Origin: a bacterium
Lineage (GTDB): Bacteria; Hinthialibacterota; Hinthialibacteria; Hinthialibacterales; Hinthialibacteraceae
Length of the DNA stretch: 35,063 nucleotides
Direction: 5' to 3'
NCBI GenBank assembly: GCA_963663405.2
Contig: CAXXSM010000074.1
Coordinates: 1 to 35,063 of the forward strand
The notes beneath the pieces are model-generated. The model was not told the DNA's origin, made no database searches, and saw nothing but the letters and a program-made list of their open reading frames with translations. The position numbers were made by a program, and so were the translations under genes. Shown here in pieces: positions 1 to 8,910 of the stretch. Each line of letters begins with the position of its first letter. Within the stretch, counting starts at the first letter, position 1.

Positions 1-537
1 ATCATCAAGTTTCCCTTCGATCCCCAGAGGAAACATCGATTCGTGTATCTGTATCGATACAAACACATTATCGCGGACAAAGATCGATGTATACTGGCTG
101 CCCGTGATATGCCAAGAAACATAACCAGTATCATTCGGATTGACCGGATTAAGCAAAGGCACAGCCGCCATCATCACTCGCGTTGAAGCGATGATCGCTT
201 CCCGATGAGAAGGAAAAACACCAATGGTGAGCCGGATAAATCTCTGGTCTTCTTTGTTACGTTTCACCCGCCATTTCGATCCTAGACCTCGTTCACTCGC
301 TCCCCCTGATCGAAATTCGAACACATCATAATCCGGGATATAACGGGAAAAGACCGTATCGAGATCGATCCCCGTAATCAATAGACGGTCGGATTCAACA
401 ACAGGAACCTGATCAATCCAGGCTTTTATAGTCTCAATCGCTTCTTCCTCCGCATGAATCGGATTCGATATCGCGCAAAGGAAGAAGATCTCCGCGAACA
501 ATAGAAAACACATGAACTCTCTACATTTTGCAATCAT
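1..537 (-). CDS. Secreted protein of the tandem paralog array (subtype C), 3' end runs off the window
   Basis: Not in the ORF track. Manual translation from ATG at 537: MIAKCREFMCFLLFAEIFFLCAISNPIHAEEEAIETIKAWIDQVPVVESDRLLITGIDLD..., with later LTIGVFPSHREAI and NPVNPNDTGYVSW. Clearly paralogous to 2925..3890, with the same upstream AAGGATAC RBS region. Confidence 0.85.
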   Translation of the reverse strand, partial: MIAKCREFMCFLLFAEIFFLCAISNPIHAEEEAIETIKAWIDQVPVVESDRLLITGIDLDTVFSRYIPDYDVFEFRSGGASERGLGSKWRVKRNKEDQRFIRLTIGVFPSHREAIIASTRVMMAAVPLLNPVNPNDTGYVSWHITGSQYTSIFVRDNVFVSIQIHESMFPLGIEGKLDD

Positions 538-764
538 GGTATGTATCCTTGAATATTGAATGATAGAAGACGCCGTGTTGTGATGGTTTGCTTGAATGAT
601 TCAACGATCAAATAAGAGGAAAGTTTTACGGAACAAATAATTTGTGGATCATAGGGTAAGTGAATACATTCCAATATATGATTTCATTTTTTATATCATC
701 ATGGGTAGCAAGGGCAAGGTTTTTTTCTGCCCTTGCATAATTCCATAATATAAATGGAATATCA

Positions 765-1730
765 TTATTCTTCTTTAACATTGAAAAGTATATCTTTCTT
801 GATCCATAAATCAGATACGACACATATATCATTGACTGCCACTGCCTTCAGATCGAAAATTGTGAAACTGTATAGAGATAATTTTACAATCCCTGATGGT
901 TCCCATTCAACTGATGGTGTAGGAAATGGCTCATATCCTAATCCAGTCCAACGTTCGGGGTAATCATCAGCTTTCCTATATGTATCGGGGGATATTCGTG
1001 TATATATTTTTCTCAAGTTAGGATCGTAGACTGGTAATGACACATTTACTATTCCACCAGTCTCAAGGGAAAATTCTGAAGGAAAATCCTCTCCCTGAAT
1101 TATGGGAGGAATCGGTTTCCCTCCTTTGATAACCCATTCCGCGCCATCGATCAATCCCCGTTTTAGAGCATTCTGAATTCGTTTTGCATCCATTTCTTTT
1201 GATCCATCAAAACCAGCTAACACATTATCAATCACATATTTTCCTTCGTGCCAGAAGACGAATCCAGGATTTTCTTTTTCAATGGGCGCCACTGGAACGG
1301 GTATATTCACCATCGATAAAGATCGTACAGCGGCTAACAAAGCGTCGCGATGACTGCGAAAAATGCCTAGCGAGATTTTCCATCGCCTTTTGTAAAAAGG
1401 AAGTTTCCGCTTTTTCCCATAGCAAAACCGCGTTTCCGGATCGTTAGGATCAGGTTTGACACGGCCTCGAGCGACAATACCATTAAATCCACCTACAAGT
1501 TCATATTCAAAATCTTCCAAATCCGGGATGTATTCTTTTAAGAAAGATTCAATTTTCAGTCCAGTAATCAATGGCCGATTGGATTCCATAACGGGAATAT
1601 CAGAATTAAGATATCGCACAGTTTTAACATCATCCCCTTCTTGCGCGAATGATGTTAAAACCATAAAAAATGAGCAGGTGAAAAGACAGTATAAAATACA
1701 TAAGCGACGAAAGAGCATTCTCAAATCCAT
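765..1730 (-). CDS. Secreted protein of unknown function, array paralog (subtype B)
   Basis: 321 aa ORF; Sec-type signal ending SFA-QE; family motifs PVxESNRPLITG, VKPDPNDPETRF, GIFRSHRDALLAA, GAEWVIKG, AVAVND-C-VVSD; GAGGTGG RBS. Confidence 0.88.
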   Translation of the reverse strand: MDLRMLFRRLCILYCLFTCSFFMVLTSFAQEGDDVKTVRYLNSDIPVMESNRPLITGLKIESFLKEYIPDLEDFEYELVGGFNGIVARGRVKPDPNDPETRFCYGKKRKLPFYKRRWKISLGIFRSHRDALLAAVRSLSMVNIPVPVAPIEKENPGFVFWHEGKYVIDNVLAGFDGSKEMDAKRIQNALKRGLIDGAEWVIKGGKPIPPIIQGEDFPSEFSLETGGIVNVSLPVYDPNLRKIYTRISPDTYRKADDYPERWTGLGYEPFPTPSVEWEPSGIVKLSLYSFTIFDLKAVAVNDICVVSDLWIKKDILFNVKEE

Positions 1731-1776
1731 CAGTCCACCTCACAACAAAAGATTGTAAGTTTTTTTGGTAAGAACA

Positions 1777-1807
1777 GCGCCCAGCCTCCATCCAAGAGAC
1801 CGGGCGC
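1777..1807 (-). repeat. Conserved intergenic hairpin of the paralog array, copy 1
   Basis: Minus strand GCGCCCGGTCTC-TTGGATG-GAGGCTGGGCGC, 12-bp stem with G-U pairs, followed by TGTTCTT. Confidence 0.85.
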
Positions 1808-1856
1808 CGCTGTCAACCGGTCATTCGTGAACTTAGAGATTATATATGAAACACCT

Positions 1857-2840
1857 TTATTCTTCTGGAACGCTAATACGAATCTCCTTTTTAAACACAT
1901 CCGAAACCACACACAGATTGTTCACTGCGACTGTTTCCAGGTCAAAAGTCACAGCGCCATTTTGAGTTATTTGCACGATGTCAGGCGATTTCCATTTTAT
2001 TAATGGTTTTAGATGTATTGGAAATCTCTCTGTAAGTCCAGTACCAAAAACAGATGGTTCGTATTCCTTCTTATATCCTCTTAAATTTCGCGCATGAATA
2101 TTTCTATATACTTTTAATCCATTTGGTTCTATGATGTTCAATTCAGCTTCCACCTTCCGATCGATCCAAAGAGAAAATTCCGAAGGAAAATTCTCTCCCT
2201 GGATCTGCGGAGGAATCGGTTTATCTCCTTTAATTACCCATTCCGCGCCATGCAATAATCCTTGCTTAAGAGCAGTCCGGATTTCTTTTTTATCCAGAAT
2301 ATCTCCAGAACTGAAACCAGCAAAAACATTGTCAATTACCCATTTTCCCTCACCCCAAGAGACGAAACCGGGGTTGTCTTTGTCTAGTGGATTAACTTCT
2401 TTTAAAGCGCTTCTATTTTTATAATAACGTGAAGCGGCCAACAATGCGTCGCGATGACTTTTGTAAACACCAATCGAGATTCCCCATCGTCTTTTATAAA
2501 ATGGGAGATGGCGCTTACTTCCCCAAAAAAAACGTGTTTCTGGATCGTTTGGATCGGGCTTAACACGCCCATGAGCGACCAAACCGTAATAGCCACCAAC
2601 AAATTCATATTCAAAATCATCAAGATCTGGGACATATTTCTCTAAAAAGGATTCTATTCTTACTCCAGTAATAAGCTGCCGTTTGGATTCTACAACAGGA
2701 ACATCATACGTTTCTTGAAACCGGACGGTCTCAACCTCAATATCTTGGTCTTGTGCGGCTGATATTAAAACCATAAAAAATGAGAAAGTGAATAAGCAGG
2801 ATAATATACATAAGCGCCGAAAAAGCATTCTCAATTTCAT
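1857..2840 (-). CDS. Secreted protein of unknown function, array paralog (subtype A)
   Basis: 327 aa ORF; signal peptide ending SAA-QD; same family motifs; C-terminus KKEIRISVPEE. Confidence 0.88.
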   Translation of the reverse strand: MKLRMLFRRLCILSCLFTFSFFMVLISAAQDQDIEVETVRFQETYDVPVVESKRQLITGVRIESFLEKYVPDLDDFEYEFVGGYYGLVAHGRVKPDPNDPETRFFWGSKRHLPFYKRRWGISIGVYKSHRDALLAASRYYKNRSALKEVNPLDKDNPGFVSWGEGKWVIDNVFAGFSSGDILDKKEIRTALKQGLLHGAEWVIKGDKPIPPQIQGENFPSEFSLWIDRKVEAELNIIEPNGLKVYRNIHARNLRGYKKEYEPSVFGTGLTERFPIHLKPLIKWKSPDIVQITQNGAVTFDLETVAVNNLCVVSDVFKKEIRISVPEE

Positions 2841-2885
2841 CAGTCCACCTCACAACAAAAGATTGTAAGTTTGTTGGTAAAAACA

Positions 2886-2916
2886 GCGCCCAGCCTTCAT
2901 CCAAGAGACCGGGCGC
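2886..2916 (-). repeat. Conserved intergenic hairpin of the paralog array, copy 2
   Basis: GCGCCCGGTCTCTTGGATGAAGGCTGGGCGC followed by TGTTTTT. Confidence 0.85.
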
Positions 2917-2924
2917 CATCAAAA

Positions 2925-3890
2925 TTAATTTGATTCAGATTTCGGAACAGAGAAGGTTACGATCTTTTTCCACACCTCTGAAACAACACAACGATCGTTA
3001 ACAACGATCGCGCAAACCTCCGCAGCCCGGCTTACTTGACCGCGGTGTTTGATTTCAACGAGATCGGGCCGAATCCATGTTATTATGGGGACATTTGTCT
3101 CGTCGACGGGAATCGCCAGGGAACGATTGATATCATTAACCCAAACGTTACCAATTAATTCCCGTTTATCGGGATCGATGGCTCGCAGGGCTGCCGTAGT
3201 TTTTCCTTTAACCCAAAAAGAAACTTGATCGGTAAAATCACTTCCATCAATTATTGGCCGCACTACTGTTTTTCCTTTGAATATTCCTTCTGCGCCGTTT
3301 TTTAAGTCTCGATCGAGTTGCTTAGCCATCTCTTGGGGATTCAAGGATTCATCAATTTGAATTGCCACATAAACATTGTCTCGAATAAAACTAAACTGAT
3401 TTGGATTCATCGAATTCCAAGAGACAAATCCAGGATCGTCCGGATCAATTGGATTGAGTCTTGGAACTTCCTGTATGTCAGTTTCCGGTATAGCGATTAT
3501 GGCATCCCTATGTGAAGGGAAAACGCCAATAGTTAATCTAACAAATCTCTGATAGTAAGGTTCACTCCTTTTCTTCCCCCAAAAATATCTAGTTTCGGGA
3601 TCTTTAGGATCAGGTTTCACTCGCCATTTCCACACAATTCCATCTTCATAAGGACCCATTGGACTCCGCTCGAAAGCATCATAATCAGCTAGATAGCGGG
3701 AAAAGACTTTATCTAAATCTATCCCAGTAATCAGCGGACGGTTGGATTCAATAACCGGCACTTGATCTCTCCATACCTGAATGCGTTCAATGTCCTTTTC
3801 TTCTGAAATGACAGGATTCGATAATACACAAAAAAAGAATAGATACGCTAACAACAGAGTATATTGGGTCCTTCTTCCAGAATCAGCCAT
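2925..3890 (-). CDS. Secreted protein of unknown function, array paralog (divergent subtype C)
   Basis: 321 aa ORF; hydrophobic N-terminus; VPVIESNRPLITG, VKPDPKDPETRYF, IGVFPSHRDAI, VNDRCVVSEVW. Confidence 0.87.
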   Translation of the reverse strand: MADSGRRTQYTLLLAYLFFFCVLSNPVISEEKDIERIQVWRDQVPVIESNRPLITGIDLDKVFSRYLADYDAFERSPMGPYEDGIVWKWRVKPDPKDPETRYFWGKKRSEPYYQRFVRLTIGVFPSHRDAIIAIPETDIQEVPRLNPIDPDDPGFVSWNSMNPNQFSFIRDNVYVAIQIDESLNPQEMAKQLDRDLKNGAEGIFKGKTVVRPIIDGSDFTDQVSFWVKGKTTAALRAIDPDKRELIGNVWVNDINRSLAIPVDETNVPIITWIRPDLVEIKHRGQVSRAAEVCAIVVNDRCVVSEVWKKIVTFSVPKSESN

Positions 3891-4035
3891 AGTAAGTATC
3901 CTTGATTTTTTGTTTATAAGACGCCGAACTAGGGTACATGACCTTAATAATAAAACGATTTAGAAAAGAGATAGTTTTAATGAAACTCATTTTTGCGCCA
4001 TAGCCGCAAAGAAAAGATAGAGAATGAAGAAAAAC

Positions 4036-4068
4036 GGCGCCCAGCCCCCATCCAAGAAACCGGGCGCC
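4036..4068 (-). repeat. Conserved intergenic hairpin of the paralog array, copy 3 (most terminator-like)
   Basis: GGCGCCCGGTTTC-TTGGATG-GGGGCTGGGCGCC followed by GTTTTTCTT. Confidence 0.85.
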
Positions 4069-4119
4069 GCTGTCATTTACCGGTCATTCGTGAATTCGGA
4101 GAATATAAATGGAATGCCT

Positions 4120-5091
4120 TTACTCTTCTGGTACGTTGATTCGAATCTCCTTTTTAAACACATCCGAAACCACGCATAGATCGTTCACGGCGACCGCCTC
4201 TAAATCGAAAGTTACATTTCCTCGATGAATGATTTCTACAATACCAGACGGCTTCCATTTCAATATTGGCTCCAAATCAGTCGGATGTATCTCTGCAAGT
4301 AAACCCATGGGACCTGGTTCGTACTCTTTGTCATACCCTCGTAAATTAAGAGCGAAAAACCTTTTGAATATCTTTCTTTCATTTGGATCCATAACGGGTA
4401 AAGGAGCTTCCGCTTTCCGATCGATCCAAAGGGAAAATTCCGAGGGAAAATCCTCTCCCTGGATTTGGGGGGGAATCGGTTTTCCTCCTTTAATTACCCA
4501 TTCCGCGCCATGTAATAATCCCTGCTTGAGCTCATTCTGAATTGCTTTTTTGTTCGGTATTTCTCCCGAACTGAAACCTGCATAAACATTATCAATTACG
4601 CATCGGTCATCACCCCATGAAACAAAACCGGGATTCTCTTTGTCCAGCGGATCTGCCTCTACAGTGATATTCCAACCACTAAAATGCCGCAATGCAGCCA
4701 ATAAAGCTTCTCGATGACTGCGATAAACACCAATCGTTATTGCCCACCGTCTTATTGGAACATGAGGCTTTGATGAATCAAAAACGTAAGCCAGATTCCT
4801 GTTAGGTACTGGTTTGAGACGCCCACGAGCGCCCAAACCTTTGAAACCACCTACAAGTTTATATTCAAAATCTTCAAACTCGGGGATATATTTCTTCAAA
4901 AAAACTTCTATTTTCACCCCAGTAATCAGCGGCCTGTTGGATTCCACAACAGGAATTTCATACTCTTGAAACTGGACGGTTTCGTCCTCAACAATCCCAC
5001 CTTGCGCGAATGATGTTATAATTATAAGAAATACGCCAATAAAAAAGCAGGATAAAACACATAAGTAATGGAAGAACATTCTAAATTTCAT
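4120..5091 (-). CDS. Secreted protein of unknown function, array paralog (subtype A)
   Basis: Start placed at ATG 5091 (MKFRMFF) by alignment with paralogs and the conserved RBS; signal ending SFA-QG; family motifs present. Confidence 0.87.
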   Translation of the reverse strand: MKFRMFFHYLCVLSCFFIGVFLIIITSFAQGGIVEDETVQFQEYEIPVVESNRPLITGVKIEVFLKKYIPEFEDFEYKLVGGFKGLGARGRLKPVPNRNLAYVFDSSKPHVPIRRWAITIGVYRSHREALLAALRHFSGWNITVEADPLDKENPGFVSWGDDRCVIDNVYAGFSSGEIPNKKAIQNELKQGLLHGAEWVIKGGKPIPPQIQGEDFPSEFSLWIDRKAEAPLPVMDPNERKIFKRFFALNLRGYDKEYEPGPMGLLAEIHPTDLEPILKWKPSGIVEIIHRGNVTFDLEAVAVNDLCVVSDVFKKEIRINVPEE

Positions 5092-5135
5092 CAGTCCACT
5101 CCCCAACAAAAGATTGTAAGTCTTTTGGTAAGAAC

Positions 5136-5168
5136 GGCGCCCAGTCTCGATCCAAGAGACAGGGCGCC
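5136..5168 (-). repeat. Conserved intergenic hairpin of the paralog array, copy 4
   Basis: GGCGCCCTGTCTC-TTGGATC-GAGACTGGGCGCC followed by GTTCTT. Confidence 0.85.
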
Positions 5169-5205
5169 GCTGTCATTTACCGGCCATTCGTAAATTTAGT
5201 TAATA

Positions 5206-6183
5206 TCATGGATTCGCCTGTTTTGTTAGAACGTAACATTGAACATCTTTCTTTATCCATAAATCAGATACGACACATAAATCATTGACCGCCACTGCTT
5301 TCAGATCGAAAACCGTAAATTCTTTCAGATGTAATTGTACGTCTCCTGACGGCCCCCATTCAACAATGGGCGCCGAAAAAGCTTCAATTCCATCATCTGT
5401 AAAACGTTCAGGATACTCTTTCTCTTTCCCAAATGTAAATGGGGAAATACGTCTATAAAATTTTCGTAAATTTGGATCATATACTTGTAAGGTGGCAGCT
5501 GCAATTCCACTGGTCTGAAGAGTGAATTTCGCAGGAAAATCCTCCCCATGAATTATGGGAGGAATCGGTTTCCCTCCTTTAATAACCCATTCCGCGCCAT
5601 CGATCAACTCCCGTTTAAGAGCATTCTGTATTCGTTTTGCATCCATTTCTTTTGATCCTTCAAAACCAGCTAACACATTATCAATTACATATTTTCCTTC
5701 ATGCCAAAAGACGAATCCAGGATTTTCTTTTTCAAGGGGCGCCACTGGAACGGGCATATTCACCATCGATAAGGATCGTACAGCGGCTAATAAAGCGTCG
5801 CGATGACTGCGAAAAATACCTAGCGAGATTTTCCATCGTCTTTTGTAAAAAGGAAGTTTCCGCTTTTTCCCATAGCAAAACCGCGTTTCCGGATCGTTAG
5901 GATCGGGTTTGACACGGCCTCGAGCGACAATACCATTAAATCCACCAACCAGTTCATATTCAAAATCTTCTAAATCTGGGATGTATTCTTTTAAGAAGGA
6001 TTCAATTTTCAGTCCAGTAATCAATGGCCGGTTGGATTCTACAACGGGAATATCAAAATTTAGATACCGCACAGTTTCAACATCATCCTGCTCCTGCGCA
6101 AATGATGTTAAGACCATAAAAAATGAACAAGTAAATAAGCAGAATAAAACACATAAGTAATGAAAGAACATTCTCAAATTCAT
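5206..6183 (-). CDS. Secreted protein of unknown function, array paralog (subtype B)
   Basis: Start placed at ATG 6183 (MNLRMFF) after a GGGGGGTGG RBS; mature N-terminal two-thirds nearly identical to 765..1730. Confidence 0.87.
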   Translation of the reverse strand: MNLRMFFHYLCVLFCLFTCSFFMVLTSFAQEQDDVETVRYLNFDIPVVESNRPLITGLKIESFLKEYIPDLEDFEYELVGGFNGIVARGRVKPDPNDPETRFCYGKKRKLPFYKRRWKISLGIFRSHRDALLAAVRSLSMVNMPVPVAPLEKENPGFVFWHEGKYVIDNVLAGFEGSKEMDAKRIQNALKRELIDGAEWVIKGGKPIPPIIHGEDFPAKFTLQTSGIAAATLQVYDPNLRKFYRRISPFTFGKEKEYPERFTDDGIEAFSAPIVEWGPSGDVQLHLKEFTVFDLKAVAVNDLCVVSDLWIKKDVQCYVLTKQANP

Positions 6184-6227
6184 CGGTCCACCCCCCAATA
6201 AAAGATTGTAAGTTTGTTGGTAAGAAC

Positions 6228-6260
6228 GGCGCCCAGCCTCCATCCAAGAAACCGGGCGCC
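6228..6260 (-). repeat. Conserved intergenic hairpin of the paralog array, copy 5
   Basis: GGCGCCCGGTTTC-TTGGATG-GAGGCTGGGCGCC; stem extended by flanking AAC/GTT. Confidence 0.85.
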
Positions 6261-6308
6261 GTTTGTGTTTCCCGGTCATTGTTGTTTTTATGAAGTTTGC
6301 TCGATAAC

Positions 6309-7319
6309 TTATTCTTCCGGAATAGAAATATGAATCTCCTTTTTCCACACGTCCGAAACCACGCATAGATCGTTCACTGCGACCGCTTCCAGATCGAAAG
6401 TCAAAGGGCCACCACTATGAGTAATTTCCACAACGCCTGATTGTTGCCATTTGATTGTTGGCATTGAATAAATCGGAATCTCCTTCAGTCCTCCAAGAAA
6501 TAAAGCAGGATTGTACTTTTTCTTGTATCCTCTTTTATTACGAGGCTGAATTCTTTGAAATATTTTTCGTTCATTCGGTTCAACAATGGTTAATTGAGTT
6601 TTCGCCATTTGATCGACCCAAAACGAAAATTCTGAAGGAAAATCCTCCCCTTGGATTTGGGGAGAAACCGGTTTGTCGCCTTTAATAACCCATTCAGCGC
6701 CATCGAATAATCCCTGCTTGAGAGCGGTTATAATTTCTACAGTATTCATTGAATTCGAAGCGCTAAAACATGCAAAAACATTGTCAATCACAAAATCGGT
6801 TCCACTCCATGAATCAATCGCAAAATCTTTCCCACTCCATGAAACAAAACCGGGATTCTCTTTTTCCATAGGATCAGTGTTAATGATAACACTCCAATCA
6901 CTATAATATCGCGAAGCGGCGACCAATGCGTCACGATGACTTTGATAGACGCCAATGGCTATTCTCCACTGTCTTTTATAAAAAGGAAGATTACGCTTTT
7001 TCCCCCAAAAGAACCGGGTTTCTGGATCGTTTGGATCGGGTTTGACACGGCCAGTGGCGCCTATACCTCTGAAACCGCCTGTTAATGTATACTCAAAATC
7101 ATCATACTCCGGAATGTGCTGTATCAAGAATAATTCAATTTTTACTCCGGCGATCAAAGGCCGCTCTGATTCTATGACTGGAATGTCATACACATGTTGA
7201 AACCGGACAGATTGACTAACATCCTCCTCCTGCGCGAATGAGGACAAAACAAAAAATAATACACCATATAATAAAAAAGATAACTTTGATAACCATATTG
7301 AAAGTTTATTATTATTCAT
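6309..7319 (-). CDS. Secreted protein of unknown function, first array paralog (subtype A)
   Basis: 336 aa ORF; AGGAGA RBS; signal ending SFA-QE; family motifs; short internal duplication SWSGKDFAID/SWSGTDFVID. Confidence 0.88.
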   Translation of the reverse strand: MNNNKLSIWLSKLSFLLYGVLFFVLSSFAQEEDVSQSVRFQHVYDIPVIESERPLIAGVKIELFLIQHIPEYDDFEYTLTGGFRGIGATGRVKPDPNDPETRFFWGKKRNLPFYKRQWRIAIGVYQSHRDALVAASRYYSDWSVIINTDPMEKENPGFVSWSGKDFAIDSWSGTDFVIDNVFACFSASNSMNTVEIITALKQGLFDGAEWVIKGDKPVSPQIQGEDFPSEFSFWVDQMAKTQLTIVEPNERKIFQRIQPRNKRGYKKKYNPALFLGGLKEIPIYSMPTIKWQQSGVVEITHSGGPLTFDLEAVAVNDLCVVSDVWKKEIHISIPEE

Positions 7320-7396
7320 TTTAGATCTCCTATATAGGACATTTTTAAAATTTTATTATCATCTTATCCACTTCTACATAATCATAACAATACATA

Positions 7397-8572
7397 TTAT
7401 CTTTCACCTTCATTCAATGTACAATTTTCTAAATTTAGAACTTGTGGAATATCATGCATTATATGCTCAAAGTAATAGTTATAAGTTTTCAAATCTACCA
7501 ATATTCCTGGCGATGTCCATCCATCATTGTCATTATCATTTCCATCAAGCAGTAAAGATGAATCGGCTGCATAATAAGTACTATTTTGAAACAAATAATC
7601 AGCTTCATGATATAGAAAACATGTCCTCGCACCTTCAATCCAACCCGCTAATTTCACAGGCCTAGTAATAATTGGATCATCTGGAAAAGTAATTCTTGAA
7701 AATGACATTATCTTTGCTTCATCAATTCCAACTGCCCTGCATAACGTGTTATAGAAACACGCAAAATCCCTACAATCATTACCTTCTTGTGGACCTTCTT
7801 GATATTCATAGTTACAATCACTGATAAACTCACGAATATAAAAACTATCAACCATACCAGGATAAGTATAATGTTTTCCAGGATGATATTTCAAAAATGA
7901 ATACAATGCTGGTACTAGCTGTTCCATGGCAAAGCTTTTATTAGTCGCCCCTTCCATCCCCGCTGTTGCATATCTTAAAACTTCCACATAGACCGGAGTC
8001 GATCCCCACGGCTCTTTTGGGTAATCTAATAATAAAAAACATGTTGTGAAAGTAGAACCAGCATATAGCCAAGGACCATCATAGATTTTATATTCCCAAT
8101 CGAAGTACATTTCTACTTCATCAATTGCCATTCCGGACATTACTCCAGCAACATCATAAGTATATCCATACACTATTTTTTCTGTTTCGTTTAACAGAAG
8201 GTTACCAGAAGTTTCTATTATCAAACCATTATTACCTACTCCTCTAAAATAGACTGGTGTCGAACTACTATCCCACGGGAAACTTAATTCAAATTTCAAT
8301 GTCATCGGTATTGAATGATCAACTGGTATATAAATAGGATCATCCTCACCGGCAAGAGTCCAATGAGGCGGGGTGATCAACTCATCTTCCTCACCCCATT
8401 TTAAATTTAAATACGAGCTATATTGATCTTGATAGCTAACCTCAACAATCGTTAACGTCGGATCCTGGGCAAAACCAACCCCCGCCATCACCCCCATAAT
8501 ACCACAAACAATTCCAATTCGTTTAGAAATTTTGCATAATTTTGATAACACACATCTTTTGTAATCATTCAT
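7397..8572 (-). CDS. Secreted protein with putative transglutaminase-like (papain-fold) catalytic domain
   Basis: 391 aa; AAGGAG RBS; signal ending GFA-QD; GNDCRDFACFYNTLCRAVGI resembles the transglutaminase-like GxCxDxA...lcRaxGi motif, followed by YHEA (His) and YAADSS (Asp); visibly AT-rich. Confidence 0.65.
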   Translation of the reverse strand: MNDYKRCVLSKLCKISKRIGIVCGIMGVMAGVGFAQDPTLTIVEVSYQDQYSSYLNLKWGEEDELITPPHWTLAGEDDPIYIPVDHSIPMTLKFELSFPWDSSSTPVYFRGVGNNGLIIETSGNLLLNETEKIVYGYTYDVAGVMSGMAIDEVEMYFDWEYKIYDGPWLYAGSTFTTCFLLLDYPKEPWGSTPVYVEVLRYATAGMEGATNKSFAMEQLVPALYSFLKYHPGKHYTYPGMVDSFYIREFISDCNYEYQEGPQEGNDCRDFACFYNTLCRAVGIDEAKIMSFSRITFPDDPIITRPVKLAGWIEGARTCFLYHEADYLFQNSTYYAADSSLLLDGNDNDNDGWTSPGILVDLKTYNYYFEHIMHDIPQVLNLENCTLNEGER

Positions 8573-8910
8573 TGGATTCTACTCCTTTTTTTGTTTTGAT
8601 ACATTACTAAGATCGCGTCAATCAGATTCTGAAAATTTACTCTTTGTAATAATGCATTCGTTTTATAGTTCCATATAAATCCTACTTTACTTAAAGAATA
8701 TAACACATTCATAACAGACTATATATTACACAAAAGAACATATACAGCCGTACATTTCATAATATATCACATAAATCCAAATAGATCAACTAAAAATACT
8801 AAATATTTAATAATTAAAAGTTAGAATAACACAATTGGTTGGATAATTTGTTGAGTTGAGTGACTGAAAAATAAGGATTTAGGTAGGATCGAAAATCTTC
8901 AAAAAAACGC

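Noticed and set aside
626-832. 68-aa minus ORF between array genes
   Set aside because: It overlaps the end of 765..1730 and shows none of the family motifs; it may be a gene remnant but is unsupported.
1731-6275. Array hairpins as attC sites or CRISPR repeats
   Set aside because: No RYYYAAC/GTTRRRY boxes bracket them, the stems are short, spacing is ~1.1 kb with whole genes between, and no cas or intI gene is in the window.
6184-6366. 60-aa N-terminal extension of ORF 5206..6366
   Set aside because: It runs through the hairpin and overlaps the upstream gene; paralog alignment and RBS put the start at 6183.
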